Origin: the human T2T-CHM13v2.0 reference genome, Homo sapiens
Assembly (NCBI GenBank): GCA_009914755.4
Contig: CP068257.2
Coordinates: 24,384,001 to 24,448,000, forward strand
DNA: 64,000 nucleotides
Reading direction: 5' to 3'
This document shows, piece after piece, positions 34,077 to 50,897 of this stretch (the stretch's first letter is position 1; each line of letters starts with the position of its first letter). A program made the position numbers and the translations under genes. The notes beneath the pieces were generated by a model. That model ran no database searches and was not told the DNA's origin. It saw only the letters and a list, made by a program, of their open reading frames with translations.

Positions 34077-35956
34077 TCACATAGAGAGTAAATGGCAGAA
34101 CTGGGAGAATTAAATGAATTAATATCCCTAAAGTACTCAACTAGTGCCCAGAACAAAGTTGCTCAATAAATTATATTAATAGTATCCTTCTCCCCAGTAT
34201 CTATCTCATCAACCACAGTAGTTTCTCATAATAATAATCATAGTAATCAAAACAGCAACAGCTACTCTTCATCATTCACTAATCACCTATTTCGCACCTA
34301 CTGAAGACACTGGGGTTTTATATGTTCATTGCACCATCACCACCTACTTGTAGCCCCACAGAGATGACATGGTACTGTTTTACATGTGAGTACTGCTTAT
34401 GATGGGGTGAATACATGACAGCAATCAACACAGCGGGGTGGAGTCCCTACGACTGGAGAAGCAGAGAATCTGAGTGATCAACTCTTTCAACTCTTGCACC
34501 GAGTGCTGGTCCTGGCTGGGAGGGGGTGTTTCCTAAATCCCCTCTTGCAGCCACTGTCCTTTATCCACTAACTCTTCACTGCATACTTACAATTATGTCT
34601 CAGTGCTAAGAATACAGCAGTGAACAAAACAGATAAAACGATATATGATCCTAGCGGGGAAGCGATAAAAAATACAGATAAAAATACAGTGTCTGTTGGA
34701 TGGTAATAAATGTTACATAGATAAAGCAGAGAAAGGGGTGGTTTGTTTGTTTTTTCTGAGGGGTGAAATTTTAAATAGGGTGGTCAGGGAATGCCTACTT
34801 GAAAATATGACATTTCAGTGAAGACTTGAGGAAGTGAGGGAACAAAGTATTCAGAATCAAAGGGAAGAATATTCTAGCCAGAGGAAGCAACAAGTATTAC
34901 ACAAAGTCTTGAGGCAGATGCATGCCTGGTGAACTCACAGAAGAACAAGGAGATCAGTGCTGTCGTGGAGGAATGATGTGGAAGAGATCAGTGGGCAAGC
35001 GAGTGAGTGACAGCCAGGACAGGACAGGGACAGCTGACTGCACGGGGCCTTAAACATTGTCCAACTCTGGCCAGTACTCAGAGTAATGCTGGAAGGCTCT
35101 GGGGTGGTTTTCTAAGCTAATTATTCTTGCCCTAGGGGGTCAAGACTAGAAGTGAGAAGACCAGGAAGGGGGCTCTGGCATTAATCCAGGTGGGAGATGA
35201 CAATGACTTGGACCAGGATGAGAGCAGTAGAGGTGGTGCGTGTTCTCAGATTCTGGATGTCGTCTGAAGGTCAGATCTAAATAATCAAATAGAAAGGAGT
35301 CAAGAATCTAGCTTGTTTCTATTCCAACAGCTAGAAGATGCTTTATACTGAAGATGATGGAAAAGTCTGGACAAGACTTTCCTAATTTTTCTGTGTAGAT
35401 GTGTAGACAGGTAGAACTTTTGAGAATTATGTACTTACTAACTTGTATACACTAGATATGTGTATATGAAAATGACAGCTACAGATAAATGTTTTCTTAA
35501 GTGATTTTTTATTTTACCATTTCAGACTCTTACTCCACAAATTTTTTTGTCTTGAATGTGCTCATTATATGCTATCTTTTGTAACTTTCACATTAACAAA
35601 TAGGCTGGGAAAATTTTCCTGGGAGGCATCTGTACTCAAGAGACGGGACGATTACTTCACAGAAACAGCCAAACATTTCTCAACAAACTTTCCATGTGAT
35701 AAAACTGTTATGGTTTTAGCTTCAGAGTGTGGGCAGTTACTGGGTTCTCAAAGAGGACATGAGGGTGAATTACACATCCTTTTAAAAAGTGGCTGTTGCC
35801 GTCACCAGCATTTCACTGTAACTATTACCGGATAATAGTGAGAACTGACAGATGGGATTCTTCAGATGAGAACTATTTGCCAGATGGTAGGAACTAAATG
35901 GATCAAGATAAGCAAAAAGGCAAAAGAAGTGAAAACTAAAAGTTTTACCTAAATCA

Positions 35957-36412
<456 letters not shown>

Positions 36413-36495
36413 TTAAAATAATAAAAATAGTGCAAAGGATTTACTTTAAAAAAGAGAAAAGAAAAAAAAAACCACGGGAACAAAATAAGTATTTA

Positions 36496-36857
<362 letters not shown>

Positions 36858-36861
36858 TTAA

Positions 36862-37237
<376 letters not shown>

Positions 37238-38907
37238 TAGATGGTGGATGGAGTGAGAATTTATACATAACCAAGGAGGAGAGATATAGTGTCCATGTGG
37301 TAATACGTTAGAGTAGGAAACATCCGGATGAACTTGTATTTAGCTTAATATAGACTAGATATTATAGCTTAATATAAATACAACTAGTTAGCTATAGAAA
37401 TATTTATAGATCTGCATAACATAAGGGTGAACATGGACAAATACATTGCCTTGCTCTATCAACTGAGAAGTCTTAAAAGCAAAGAAACTCCAGTGGCAAC
37501 GAGCATCCTTAACATCCAGATTTTAATACTATTCTCCAATAACATTACTCTCCAATAAAAGGAACAAGGGCTCCTTGGAGGAACAGCTGATTCTAGGATT
37601 AGGGCTGAAAATATGCAAGATGAGACTGCAGCATCTTGTAAGAAAAAAAAAAAAGAGGCTATGTCAAATGAGCATAGGAACCAAGTGAAAGGGCTTCTAA
37701 TAGCTAAAGCCGGAATAATTTGAGCAATAAAAATTATGAAGTAGTGCTGGATTAGAAATCAAAGTACAATGTAAATATCCATGAGTCTAAATGACTGAAT
37801 GAATGAATACATAAATAGGAAAAAAGAGACAAATCTCCTGCGCAGAAGAATTCCAAATAATTTATGTAGATACTCTGCCCTCAAGAAAATGAAGCATAAT
37901 TCTCTGCTCCTTAATTGTGGGCTGTGCAAACTGACTTCCTTCCAAAGAGTAGAGCACATAAAGTGGGAAGAAGAGTAATTTTCAAGTGGAGAAACTCAAC
38001 AACCACCACCTGAGCCAGGTGATCAAGGTCAATGCCAACAGGGCTGTATCATGTTGATAAACACGTACCCTTGATATGATGTGATGAAATGGGCATTTTA
38101 CCTCTGTGGTCTTCCTTCTTAAAACCAATAACCCCAGGCAAAGCATGAGAAAATTCCCACAGAGGGGAATCCTACAAATTATCTGACCAATACAAAACCT
38201 TTAAGGTTATTAAAAAACTAGAGAAGTATAAAGAAACTGTCATAGCCAAGAGGAAAGGAGGCTATGGAGACCTGACAATTAAATATAATGCGCCTTCCTG
38301 GATGGCATCCTGGAACACAGAAAGGACATTAGACAAAAACTAAGGACATCTGAATAAAGTATAGACTTTAGTTAATAACCATGTATCAAAATTGGTTTAC
38401 TGACTGCAACAAATGTACCATATTAATATAAGATGTTAACAATAGGGAAAACTGGATGCAAAGCCTATGGGAACTCTCTGGACTATCCTCTCAATTTTCC
38501 TGTAAATTTAAAACTGTTGTAAAATATAAAGTCTATTTTAAAAAAATTTAATGGCTTGATATAAAAGTTCACATAATAAGGTGTCATGCCAAACTCCTAC
38601 TGACTGCAATGTGGATGGCACCAGGTTCAAGAGCCAGAAGAGGCCCAGAGCTAGTGAACCGTATGTCTCATAGGGTTTTACTGGGGGCTTGCATACAGGG
38701 TAGAGAGTCCAGTGGTGGTGGGTTGGACAGAGGAACCGCAGCCGCTTGCAAAAGGCATGTGGTCTCTACAGCATTCTCATTTAACACCCTCCCCCTAACA
38801 ATCTCCACCTGGCAACTTCCACTTAACTCATAACAAAGGGTCTCAATCCCCGGCGAGGCCCATGTTCCACAGAAGGAGATGAGGGCTCAGATGTTCCTTA
38901 CAGATAA

Positions 38908-39351
<444 letters not shown>

Positions 39352-40575
39352 TGATCCCTGTCAGGTGCATCTACCATACATAGAGGCATACCTATTTGAT
39401 TCCACATCAACATTCTAGCCTTCAAAAAAAAGTCTATAAAATTATTGTAGTTGAAAAGAACTAGAATTAAAAAGAGCTTACCAACTCAGGCATCTCATCT
39501 GTGGTATCTATTAATAACTAGACAGCGCTTGGTTTGACTTTTTTTTAGAAAAAAATATAAGTAATGTGGCATTTAAATTTTTTAAAAATTCAAGAATTTC
39601 AAAATTATCACATATATACCGAAAATTCTTTGCTTTCCAAATTTAACCTTGTCTTAGGAATGTAAACTAACTGGTCAGAGAATTCATTCCCCTTTACAAA
39701 TGAGGAATCTTGAGCCTGATGAGGTTTGCACAAAGCTAATGACAGAGGTGGGCTCAACTCTGAAAACCGACTCTCATTCCAATGTTCAGGACCCCAAGAA
39801 ATGTTACAGTAGTCTTACTAATTTTGAATGACAGCTTCCTCATTAACCAACCCAAGATAAGTTATAGGTGCTTTTTTGTTGCCTCTTTTTGACTGCACTA
39901 TTAGTCATATCTTGATTTTATCAATAACAGGACTTCTTGTTACAAGTATTTAATAATTCCAACATTCGTTAAAAGATGGAATTGTAAGAGTAATAGTTGT
40001 TAAAGCTTTCCAGATTAGGGGTTTTCAAACTCAAACCATGCTTCAAAATCACCTGGGATCCTGATCAGTCTGCAGATTCATCTTCTCCCTAGCTCCACAG
40101 CCTAGATCTGATTTACGTGTTCTGGGACGCGCCTGAAAACAGACCTTCCCAGGGTGGCTCTGCTTCAGGTGGCTCATGGATCACACTTTGAGAAATGATA
40201 TTTGGAGCAGGGCTTCTCAAGCTTTACAGTGCCTATGAATCACCTGGGGGCCTTGTTAAAATGCAGGTTTTGATTGGACAAGTCTAGGGTGGGACTGAGT
40301 CTGCTTTTCTAACAAGCTCCCAAGTGATGTGATTCAGCTGTTCCTTCCGGCAGTAAGGGTCTACTTAAGATAACCCATTACAACTAATCTCATTAAGGTT
40401 TTTAAAAATTTTAAGTTACAAGTTATTGCTTTGTAAGACACTCTTTGCTTACCCACTTTTAATTATACAGTTTAGTGTTAAGTAGATTCATATCGTTGTA
40501 CAACCATCACTACCTTCCATCTCCAGAACTGTTTTCATCTTGCTAAACTAAAACCCTGCACACCATTAAACAACT

Positions 40576-40638
40576 CCCCATTCCCCCACCTCCACTCCCC
40601 ATTCCCCCACCTCCACTCCCCATTCCCCCACCTCCAGA
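40576..40638. repeat. 21-bp x3 tandem repeat (ccccattcccccacctccact); G-rich on the APP-sense strand
   Basis: ccccattcccccacctccact ccccattcccccacctccact ccccattcccccacctccag. The minus-frame ORF reads GGGGMGS x3. Confidence 0.9.
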
Positions 40639-42480
40639 ACCTGGAAACCACCATTCTGTTTTCCATCTTTTTGAATTTGACTCTTCAAATTCAAAAAGGT
40701 ACCGCATATAAGTAGAATCAAGTATCTGTCTTTTGGTGACTAGCTTGCTGTGTCCTTTTAAAAAATAAAAATTTTCATGCTTCTCTTCCATAAACCTGCA
40801 TCTCATCCTATAGATTTGTCACTTTTGGCACCAACTTAAGGACTGAGCGCCTTTTCACACATCCCTAAGAGCCAAGCTGCTCCTGGTTCGCCTTTTGTTT
40901 AATTATAGAAGTTACAAAATAAGGTAGAAAGAGTTCTAGATTTGAAAACAACACAATGACTCAAGCAGATCAAGTGATTTCCAAATATTAAAAGGTGATA
41001 TGATAAATGCCTCCTGGCCAGAGAGGTGCACATAGGGTGAGAGACAAGAATAAAAATTAAAACTTAACATAATTTGATAAGAGATCATCTCTGCTACTGC
41101 TGAGTATTACTAAATACCATTCTATGCAGGTCCATGTAGGATACAAAAGAACCGAGATATAGTTCTGGACCAAAACAGCTTGGAGCAGCTTTGTCTCACA
41201 GAAATATAATAGAGGCCACATATCTAATTTAAAATTTCCTGTAGCCACATTAACATAAAAAGGTAAAAAGAAACAGGTAAAATTAATTTTATTAATATAT
41301 TTTAACCCAGTACATCCTAAATTTCATCATTTCAACATGCAATCAATGTAAATAATTATCATTAAGACATTCTACATTTGTTTTTTTCTCCCAGACTAAC
41401 TTTTTAATATCTGGTGGGTTTTTTATACTCACAGCATAGTTTGGACTAGCCAGGTTTCAAATATTCAATGGCCATGGGTGGCTAGTGGCCACCGTTGGGC
41501 AAGACAGACTTAGCATCAGATTTTAGAGATCAATAATATATTTCAAGGAGTAGTGACTTGAATGTGGACAGGTTGGGGTTATGGGAGAAAATCTAAAGCC
41601 AAAGACACAAACCTAGGCAGAGAAACCATAATAAGCTTGAATACACTGAGACTGCAGTACACCATTTTATGCGCTATGCTATCTTAACGCATACATTTTA
41701 GTCAATGGGAGGCATATCACTAGGATTCTATGTTACCATCATTAACCCTATTGATCAGCAAACTGCTCATCTCCCCCCATTTCTCTTGTTGCAGTTCTCA
41801 TATCATAAATTGTATTTATAGGTGTGTGATTAATTCTAATACAGAAATTAATTTAAGGTTTCCTTTAGACTTGAACCTACTTTAGCTTAGTTCAGTCCTC
41901 TGTATCCCGAGAGATGAGCTGAAAAAGCAGATATAGTAGAGATAATTCTAAATTCCCTACTTTGTTTCTTCAAAATATAGGTATTCTCACTGGTTGCTTT
42001 CTCCTAACACTTTCCTTTCTTTCTGCCTTATTTAAAAAAAAAAAACAAAAAACTCAAAGCCTGATAGATTTTAGAGACGCAATTAATTAAGGTTATATAC
42101 GGGGCTTTTTAAAAACCACATAATTGCCGACAAAATACCAACCAGGTTGGTGTTCCGTGAGGCAAAAGAACCACAAGTCATTACCAAAACCTTAACTCAT
42201 ATGGGAAGGTAAAAATATACAGCATGCTGTTTTCACATACCATACTCAGAAAGCCATGTGCGAGGGAGGCTATAATCAAGACAGGAAGAGGCATTTTCAC
42301 AGATAACTTCTTAACGGGGTTGTAGACTGTCACTCTCACGCCCCTCACTTGTTCTTTCCAACCTATTACCATCTGGCCTTGCTCCAACAATCTGCAACTC
42401 TTCTTTCAAGGTCAAGAACAACAAATGCCATCAGTCTCTTCTCAGCCCTCCAGTTCTCTGACTACTCTGCCACATTCTCT

Positions 42481-42784
42481 TTTTTTTTTTTTTTTTAAAG
42501 AGACGGGGATACCCTCTGTCAACCAGGCTGGAGTGCAGTGCTGTGATCATAGCTCACTGCAGCCTCCTGGGCTCAGACAACCTTCCTGTCTCAGCCTTCC
42601 AAGTAGCCGGGACTACCGGCACATGCCAACATGCCTGGCTAATTTTTTTTTTAATTATTTTTTGTAGAGACAGGGGTCTCGCCACGTTGCCCAAGCTGAT
42701 CTCAAACTCCTGGCCTCAAGCAACTCTCCTAGCTTCAGCCTCCCAATTTGCTGGGATTCTAGGCATGGGCCACTGAACTTGGCC
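42481..42784 (-). mobile_element. Alu SINE (antisense, old AluJ-like)
   Basis: tttttttttttttttttaaagagacggggataccctctgtcaaccaggctggagtgcagtgctgtgatcatagctcactgcagcc ... ggcatgggccactgaacttggcc. Confidence 0.88.
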
Positions 42785-44800
42785 CACTTTTCTTCTTTAA
42801 ATTCAATCTTCTCCAGTTTCCACCAATCTATCTCAAGCCAATCATTCTTTCCCTCTCATTGGCTCCTCTTTTCATAATTCTGATTATAAAGTAAGGCTCT
42901 GTCTTCTACTCTTCTTGCTTTCTCACTCAGACATATCATCCATGCCTAAGGGTCAACAGCCTCCTCCACTCTTTCAATTCTGACCTTTCACTTAGCATTC
43001 CCAGTCGCTTGCTGCATGCTTCCAATTGCAGGGTATTAATTACTTTTAGCAAATGTACTAGAATCAAGTGCCCAACTGATTATCAAATTCCGGAAGTGTA
43101 CCCAAAGGACAATGACTAATTCCTCATTGGGTCAAAGTCTTTCCTATGTGGAAGCAAGAGAAAGGAACAGAACTAACACTGAACATTGTGAGGAGCCCAA
43201 AACATGACTCCTGCTGAACACATTCTATTTGGTTGTAGAACCCAACCAATATAGGCCCCGTTGATCGATTTCCCCACAACAAGAGGAGGTCATAAAAATC
43301 ATGCTTCCACTTTCTCAATAGATACTTATCGCTCATGAATGTCTGTGAATCAGAAGACCATGGGACTATAACTCTACTCCACTCAAACTCTCCATACTCC
43401 CAAAGCTGGACCTCATGGTCCTCAGATCATGTAATACTCAGACACAGCACTCCAGTAAACCACTTTCTGGCCAGAAACTCATCCTTCCCATAGTTCCTCT
43501 CCCTTCCATCCACTACAGCTTGTTCATCATGATCCTGAGGTCCTGGATGCTGCAGCACTCTCTGCAGTTATCAGGGGAGGCTTCACTGCCTTCAGTTCAT
43601 TTCCCTGCCAGCCTGGTCTAGGACCCTCAGCACACACACTCATCACTGCACATATCACCAACGACCACCCACATGCTTTTGATGCCCAGGCTCATTTGGT
43701 CCAGCCTATTTCTCTCCTAAGTGTGAGACTCAATAAATACACAACCACCCCACTGTGCTCTTCAAGAGCTTATTAACTGCCTCTTTTAGATTCTCCTGGG
43801 TATAGTCCAGACTTAAAATGCCTCACTTTGGGAGACAATGTAATTTAACCATTGGAGGAACAAATGTTGGTCTATATATTTCAGGCATTTTCCAAATAAA
43901 AACCTCCAAGAAAAAGCAAACTTGTATCTTAAAAGATGCAGAACTATTTAGGGCAAAAAGTACACAGAGAATGAGAAAGAAAAAAGATGTCACTGCATTT
44001 AACAAAAGAGTTAACAATATTGTTAACAATAACAAGAGTTAGCCATGAAGTAATTAGGATATAGTACTTGAAACTGGCACCACCTTTTACCAGGCATTAC
44101 AATATTGCTATGAGTTCACAAAGCTCTGTTAGAGCAGAGGAAAAAGAAGGATTTGAATTCTGTCACTGTACTAGCAACACCACCTAGGGATGAGGAAGAC
44201 AATATCTAATAGAATAACAAATAAAGTAAGTATACATGATTCATCAAGCTCTTCAATAAAAATGTATTTTAGAATTTATCAACATCCCTTTTGAATCATG
44301 TTTCAAAAATCACACAATCTGTTCAAACACGGATAGACCCCCAGATAAATCAGAATCTCTCTCTCTGTTACCACGCCTCTGTGGACTTAGAAATCACCAC
44401 TTAGATTTGTAAACAAGGCTTAGTTTCATTATTGTAAATCAATTTGGCAGGACTTATCACTCCACAGAGAGCTGAAATAATTGAATTTCTGGACTTCTAA
44501 GGAAGAAGGTTTAAGTACATTAAGGCTTCCAAAAGGAAGATCACCAACTCTTCTTTAGCAGAAAATGCCCCTGGAGAATTTTGAACCATTTCTTGATCTA
44601 GTGGCAACTGGATGTTATCAGTGGCAACTAAGGTATCTGTCTACACCTGCTGAGGCTCACAAGTAAAAACTAAAAAGTACTGTGAATCTCTGTGATAATG
44701 GAGCGTAAAGCTACCACTTAAGTCTTTATTACTAGTAAGTAACGGATTTTAAGAAAAAAAGAGATACTCAAATCTATCTATAGATAACCAAAAAACCAAA

Positions 44801-44914
44801 CAAAACACCCAGAAAAATCTAAGGTTGAAGAACATATATAATTTGAGACTTTTGAAACAAAACACCCAGAAAAATCTAAGGTTGAAGAACATGTATAATT
44901 TGAGACTTCTGATC
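44801..44914. repeat. 57-bp tandem duplication (x2)
   Basis: caaaacacccagaaaaatctaaggttgaagaacat[a/g]tataatttgagactt[t/c]tga is repeated head-to-tail. The minus-frame ORF shows a repeated LKLYMFFNLRFFWVFC. Confidence 0.9.
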
Positions 44915-47900
44915 AGAGCCTTCCTCAATAATGTAAGTTTAAAAACTATTACCAAAGTGACAAGATCCCATGTCAGATAGCAGAATGAGAACAAGGCTAC
45001 TCTTCAACTTAGTCATCCTCTTTTATCACTACAACTTCAATCATAGATGTAAATGGAAATTTCTGCTTCCTTTGCTACTTTTCTGCTTGACTGAATTTTA
45101 TAATGAAAAACGTCTGTTCCTTCCAGGCAGAGCACGAGTGTCATTCAAATTGTACACACCAGGCAAAGAGTGAATGCATTTGTTTAGATGCAAAAATCAT
45201 TTAAATATGTGTCATTATAGGCTGCAGCACATTTGCGGATTCGGCAGTTTAAAATTCTCTTAAGCAATAAAGCAAGGCATCAAATGAAAGTGCACTCAGG
45301 CTTCAAACATCTTCAGACTATGTTTTCCTGTTTGCACACAGCGAGCCCCGCCTTCCTTTCCTGACCCCACTCAAACAGAAAGCAGTGGAACCATGCCCTA
45401 GCCCATCCTATTACCCCAAACGTCTTCCAGGTCAGCAATCCAAAGTCACGTGAAAGCTCCATCTTCAGTTTCCCTCTCCAGGGAGCAAATATTTTGAAGA
45501 GCAAGCATTCCAAGCAAGCAGAAACTCAGCCTTTAAATCAAACTAAGCTTAAAAGTAAGGTCCTGCCGCACACAGAAGGCAACAGAAAAGTGTCTGAAGA
45601 GATAGCTCCCATTTTATATTTAACATTTAGAAATGAGAAAACTGTGTGTGATTAATGCTTATAATTAGAGGGGGTTAACCCTTATTTCAAATAATGTAGT
45701 TCCTGTCTTTCATTTAAAATTATAAAGATGACTAAAATGTACATGAAAGGAAAATTACAGTTAGGATCTGCTGTGTTTTAACCCAGAACTGTGGTTTTTT
45801 GAAGAAAATGCTGGAAAAGATTCTGATTTGGTAAGAATATCTGGATATGAGAATCTTCTAAGAAAGGTGATTTACCATTTTCAGGCCAAAGGCAGAGAGT
45901 TTCTAACAATGATAAAATTAACAGGCTGTAGGATCTTCATTCTCTAAGCTTCAGGTGACCCTTTTAATGACTAAATAAAGTGTGTACTCAAGGTCACCCA
46001 CGAGGAAGAAAAAGGTCAGTTCCCTCTCTTGAGGGACCCCCTCCCCACTCACGCTATTACACAGCAATTCTAGAGATTCACTTCATTTTTGGTTTATGTT
46101 CAAACTGTCTGGATATTTCAGGGCCTTCGCTTTTAAGTTTCCATAATAGGGCAGTTGACTATTTATATAAGTCCCTGGAAAATGTGTATTTTTAACGTCA
46201 TCTAGAGTAGGCCACCTTTGGGGGAAAACAGCTAATGGGTTAAAAAGCCAACTGGTGTACCAAGTATGTACAAAAGACATCTTTTATAACAGTTCTCACG
46301 TGCAAAAGAACATTCATTAAGTATAACAATAAATAACAGGCAATATGTGCATTTTTCCAGACCCTAAGCACTTGATAAAGCCATATTGTCATTTTACACT
46401 CATTTTTAGTAGCTGTTTAATTGGTATTCCTGTATAGGACAGTTTTGTAGGTTTCCGGATTATTTCACATTCTCTTCTTCCTAGTTATAAATTTTGGTAC
46501 AACTGTAAGCTCTCCTCACACTGTAATAATTACATTGCTGAGACCACATCTGTTTTTTTAAAAAAGATATTTTGCAAAAAATATATTTAAGTTGAAGTAT
46601 CTGAAATACTTTTCAACGTCAAACTTTGAGAGGATTATGCTTAATTATATATCTTCACATCTTTAAATTGTTAAAAATGAATGCATAAATATTTCCTAGG
46701 GATTTATGCTTGATTCATTTGATTCTTACATACTAGTTGTTATTTACCGGCAGAGAAAGCAAAAGCAAAAAAAAAGAAAGCAAAAACAACAAAAATAGTT
46801 GATTCTGGTGCTAGTCCAGAATCAGGTTGATTTCTGCATCAATAGCAGGGTTTCTACATTAAATTCATTCAAATTTAATTAGTTCTCTGCATAAAATCAA
46901 GGGTCTAGGAGAATTTAATAAAAGCTGAAAACAATCCTATCCTTTGCCTGAAACAGATTTTTATCCCAAATGGTACTCAGCAATAAGCCAACAGAGAAAA
47001 ATGGAATAACAGACATATGCCATGTTCACGAGTTCTCTGTTTAACCTAAGAAGTCTGAATTTGCCATTTTTTGATAAGGAACTGGTGTACATCTTAGAAG
47101 AAATATTCCATTGAGTCTGAATTCTTGGTGGAGCACCCGCAGAAAGAGAACCAGTAAATAGTATGTATGAGGCCTGGCCTGGACATAATGACTCAGGAAT
47201 CATCAATGCAGGCCTCTGAAAAACCACTGCACTTATGAGATCTCCTAGCAAGTATGTGTTGTGTGAGAAAATGGACAACCCCAGGGTACTCCTATTAAAC
47301 ACTGATATTTAGAATTTCTGAATTCTGATTCTAAATATTTTGCAATATTTGGAATTTCTGAATCCTAAATATTGCAAAAGGTGGCGCGGGGAGGACGGGG
47401 AAGGGAGCCTGAAAGGAAAATGGAGGACAGCAGAAAGAAAATCAGAAGCAGCAGAATGACATCAGTGTGGGGAGAATGCACCCATCAACCGATGCCACTG
47501 AGAGACTGTGGAGGACACAACAGTGCCCAGTGAGTCCGACAACCAGAATGATAGCAAAGAGCTCATTCCCTGGAGCTCAAGGAACAGATGCCTGATAACA
47601 GGTGACTGTGGAGGGAACTGGAGGTTACGAAGATCACACAGGAACTTCTGACTACCATATAAAGAAGCATATCTGTGAAGAGACAGAGCGAGGGTGGAAG
47701 TTAAAGGAATACACAGAGTTGAATGACTGGAGTGAGGGATCAGGGAGCTCTAAAGAAGAGGAAAAATATGAGAAGGCTAAATACTATTGAGATGTGAAAT
47801 TAAATACAGGGTCAGTAGGCCAAGGGTCTTTATGAAGTCAAAGATCAGATACAATGAGAGTAAAGGACCTACTGAAGAAGCTGTGTGCACAGATGCCCAG

Positions 47901-48589
47901 GAATTCAGACTCACCTAAGAATTTAGAACAAAGGTGGAAAAAGAAAACTAAGCTCAAATTATTTAAATAGTACAACAGGGTAACTTCTTGACATACTGAA
48001 CATGAGCCTATTCATGTTAAATATGCTTGGAGAATATCATTAGTCCATGGCTTACAATCAATTCTAAGCTTTCAAGAAAGCAAGAGCTACAGGACCTATT
48101 CATAAAAATATAGCAACATTGGGAAACTAATTATCTTCCCAGCTGATAAAGATACCATCCAATAAATAGGGGGATCTTCAGTGACATCCAAACCTTCAAA
48201 AAATATATTTTAAAATGTTATACCACGTTCTCGGAAGGTAGTTAACACTAAAAAAGATTTGGGGGAACTGAAGCTGAGTAATATTCTTGAAAATACAGGT
48301 ACCTAATCAATAAATAAAGAGAATGCCCCCCAAATTTTTCATGGCATGAAAATACTTAAAGGTTTAAGAGGGGAGTACCTACATCTATTAATACACCAAA
48401 CACCTACTGAAACGCCACATTCATGTAATCACTTAATAAAGACATTAAAATAGGATGACAGGAGTTCATGTTTAGCATTTATAAATAGTATCCTAACCTT
48501 TAAGGTACAACATAAGAATCTGAAATTTCTAAAATCTATTATCACTGAATAATATTTAGAAGCAGATTTCTGTGAAAATTAATTCTTAA

Positions 48590-48879
<290 letters not shown>

Positions 48880-49993
48880 TCTTTATCATTAGCCTTAAAA
48901 ACTAAGGACAATGAAACTATTATAAATGAATCTAATGGTATGTTTTATCTCTAAACACAGATGCCTCTGATACACTGACTTTTTACTAGACATGTGTAGG
49001 ATAGGTTTAACCCTATTTCTGGAGTTGAATGTTCTTTTTATTAAGATCCAAAGACACTTGGTTTCTTCTCTTCTGAGATCCCTATGTTACTTCTTGGTTG
49101 TTACATAAAACCTGCTCTTCCTTTGTTGATCAATAAGGAGTAAGTAAAGTAAATGATTTTGCCATAATCTCAGAAATTCTTTTAGGCATGTGAAATTGCT
49201 GCTCCACATCTTCTGTCTTTCTAATGTTTGGGCTATTCTTTCTTTTCCCTTTCCTTTTCCAATATTTGGCTACATCCTCAATTCATTCATTAAATCTATA
49301 TATTTATTAAATATGTACTATGTACCAGACATGTTCAAGCTCTGGGAATATTTCAGTGAATTGACAAAAGTCTCAATTATCGAAGAGCTTACATTTTGAA
49401 CAAAAAGCAATTATTTCCCAATGTTTGAGCACCGCAGGAAAGGGTTAACCATCAGCATCATGCACTACTTATTCACAATATAGCTGCACAATTATTGTTT
49501 CCTCTTATCAGGCCCTCAAAGCCACTGATTATAATACTTTGTCCCAACCTATTACCCTACAAGTTTGCTAGTAAAATTCGAAGATGACCAGGAGCTATTT
49601 GCAGGATACTACAGGCTATGAAAGTATTACTCCAGAGTATAATCAGTTTTTTCCCCAATCCAATTGTATCATCTATTAAAAGAGCTAACATAATAAAAAG
49701 CTATATCCTGATGCCCAGAATTTACAGCGTAACAAGGACTAAGAAAGCAGGTATCTTAGAGGTAACTTTAGCCTATTAATGACATGTGCAGTACAAATAA
49801 AACCACATTGAATGTACAGATATTTTTCTGGACATCGAATAAGAGAAATAATCAAATGAATTAATGTCTGTCCAAATCAAAAATCTCTACAAGTGTTCCA
49901 ACTTTAATGAACCAACTTAGTTCTATTCTAATTTTCTATTATTATTTCTCAAGGCTACCAACACAAACTACTTTCCCTGGAACATCCCCATGA

Positions 49994-50310
<317 letters not shown>

Positions 50311-50897
50311 CCATAAACATTTTTAAATCTACACCTCTTCATTTTCTTTACGTATCCCTCAGGATCCACATCATGGGTCTACTTTCTTTCAAACAACTTT
50401 TACCATATGCTCCAGCTCACACTACCATCTCCCTACCTCCTATGCTCACAACAACCCCTCATATGACTTACATTAAAAAGTTTACAATTATTAATTAGGA
50501 TTGGAAGTTTCCAACAGATTTGTAGTCAGGAGAGACTATTCAGGGAACATGAGTCTAGTTTTGATCACATTGAGTTTGAAGTTCCTGAACAAACACGTGT
50601 CACTAAAGGAGTGAAGATAAACATGCTTCTAGAGTAAAAACAATCACAAGTACAAACCTCTACAACATCTTACACAGGGAAATTCAGCCCTAAAGTCTAT
50701 CAAATGGGCATAAAGGTAATTTTATATTTGTATAATCTTAGGTTATAGCCAAGAAAAAGCAAACATCTTGTGAAGTTGAGATATAGCATACAACAAACTC
50801 AGCTCAATTAAACCACAGTTTAGCTTTATCTAATTCAAAGTTAGGACGCCTTTAACAGTAACTTGACTTGCAACTTCTAAGCTTAAAAGAAATTTTA

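Noticed and set aside
40576-40638. CRISPR-like reading of the 21-bp direct repeats, and of other direct repeats
   Set aside because: The repeats are contiguous with no spacers, there are only three copies, and the context is eukaryotic. This is a minisatellite, not a CRISPR array. Prokaryotic feature classes (RBS, sigma-70 promoters, rho-independent terminators, operons) do not apply to this sequence.
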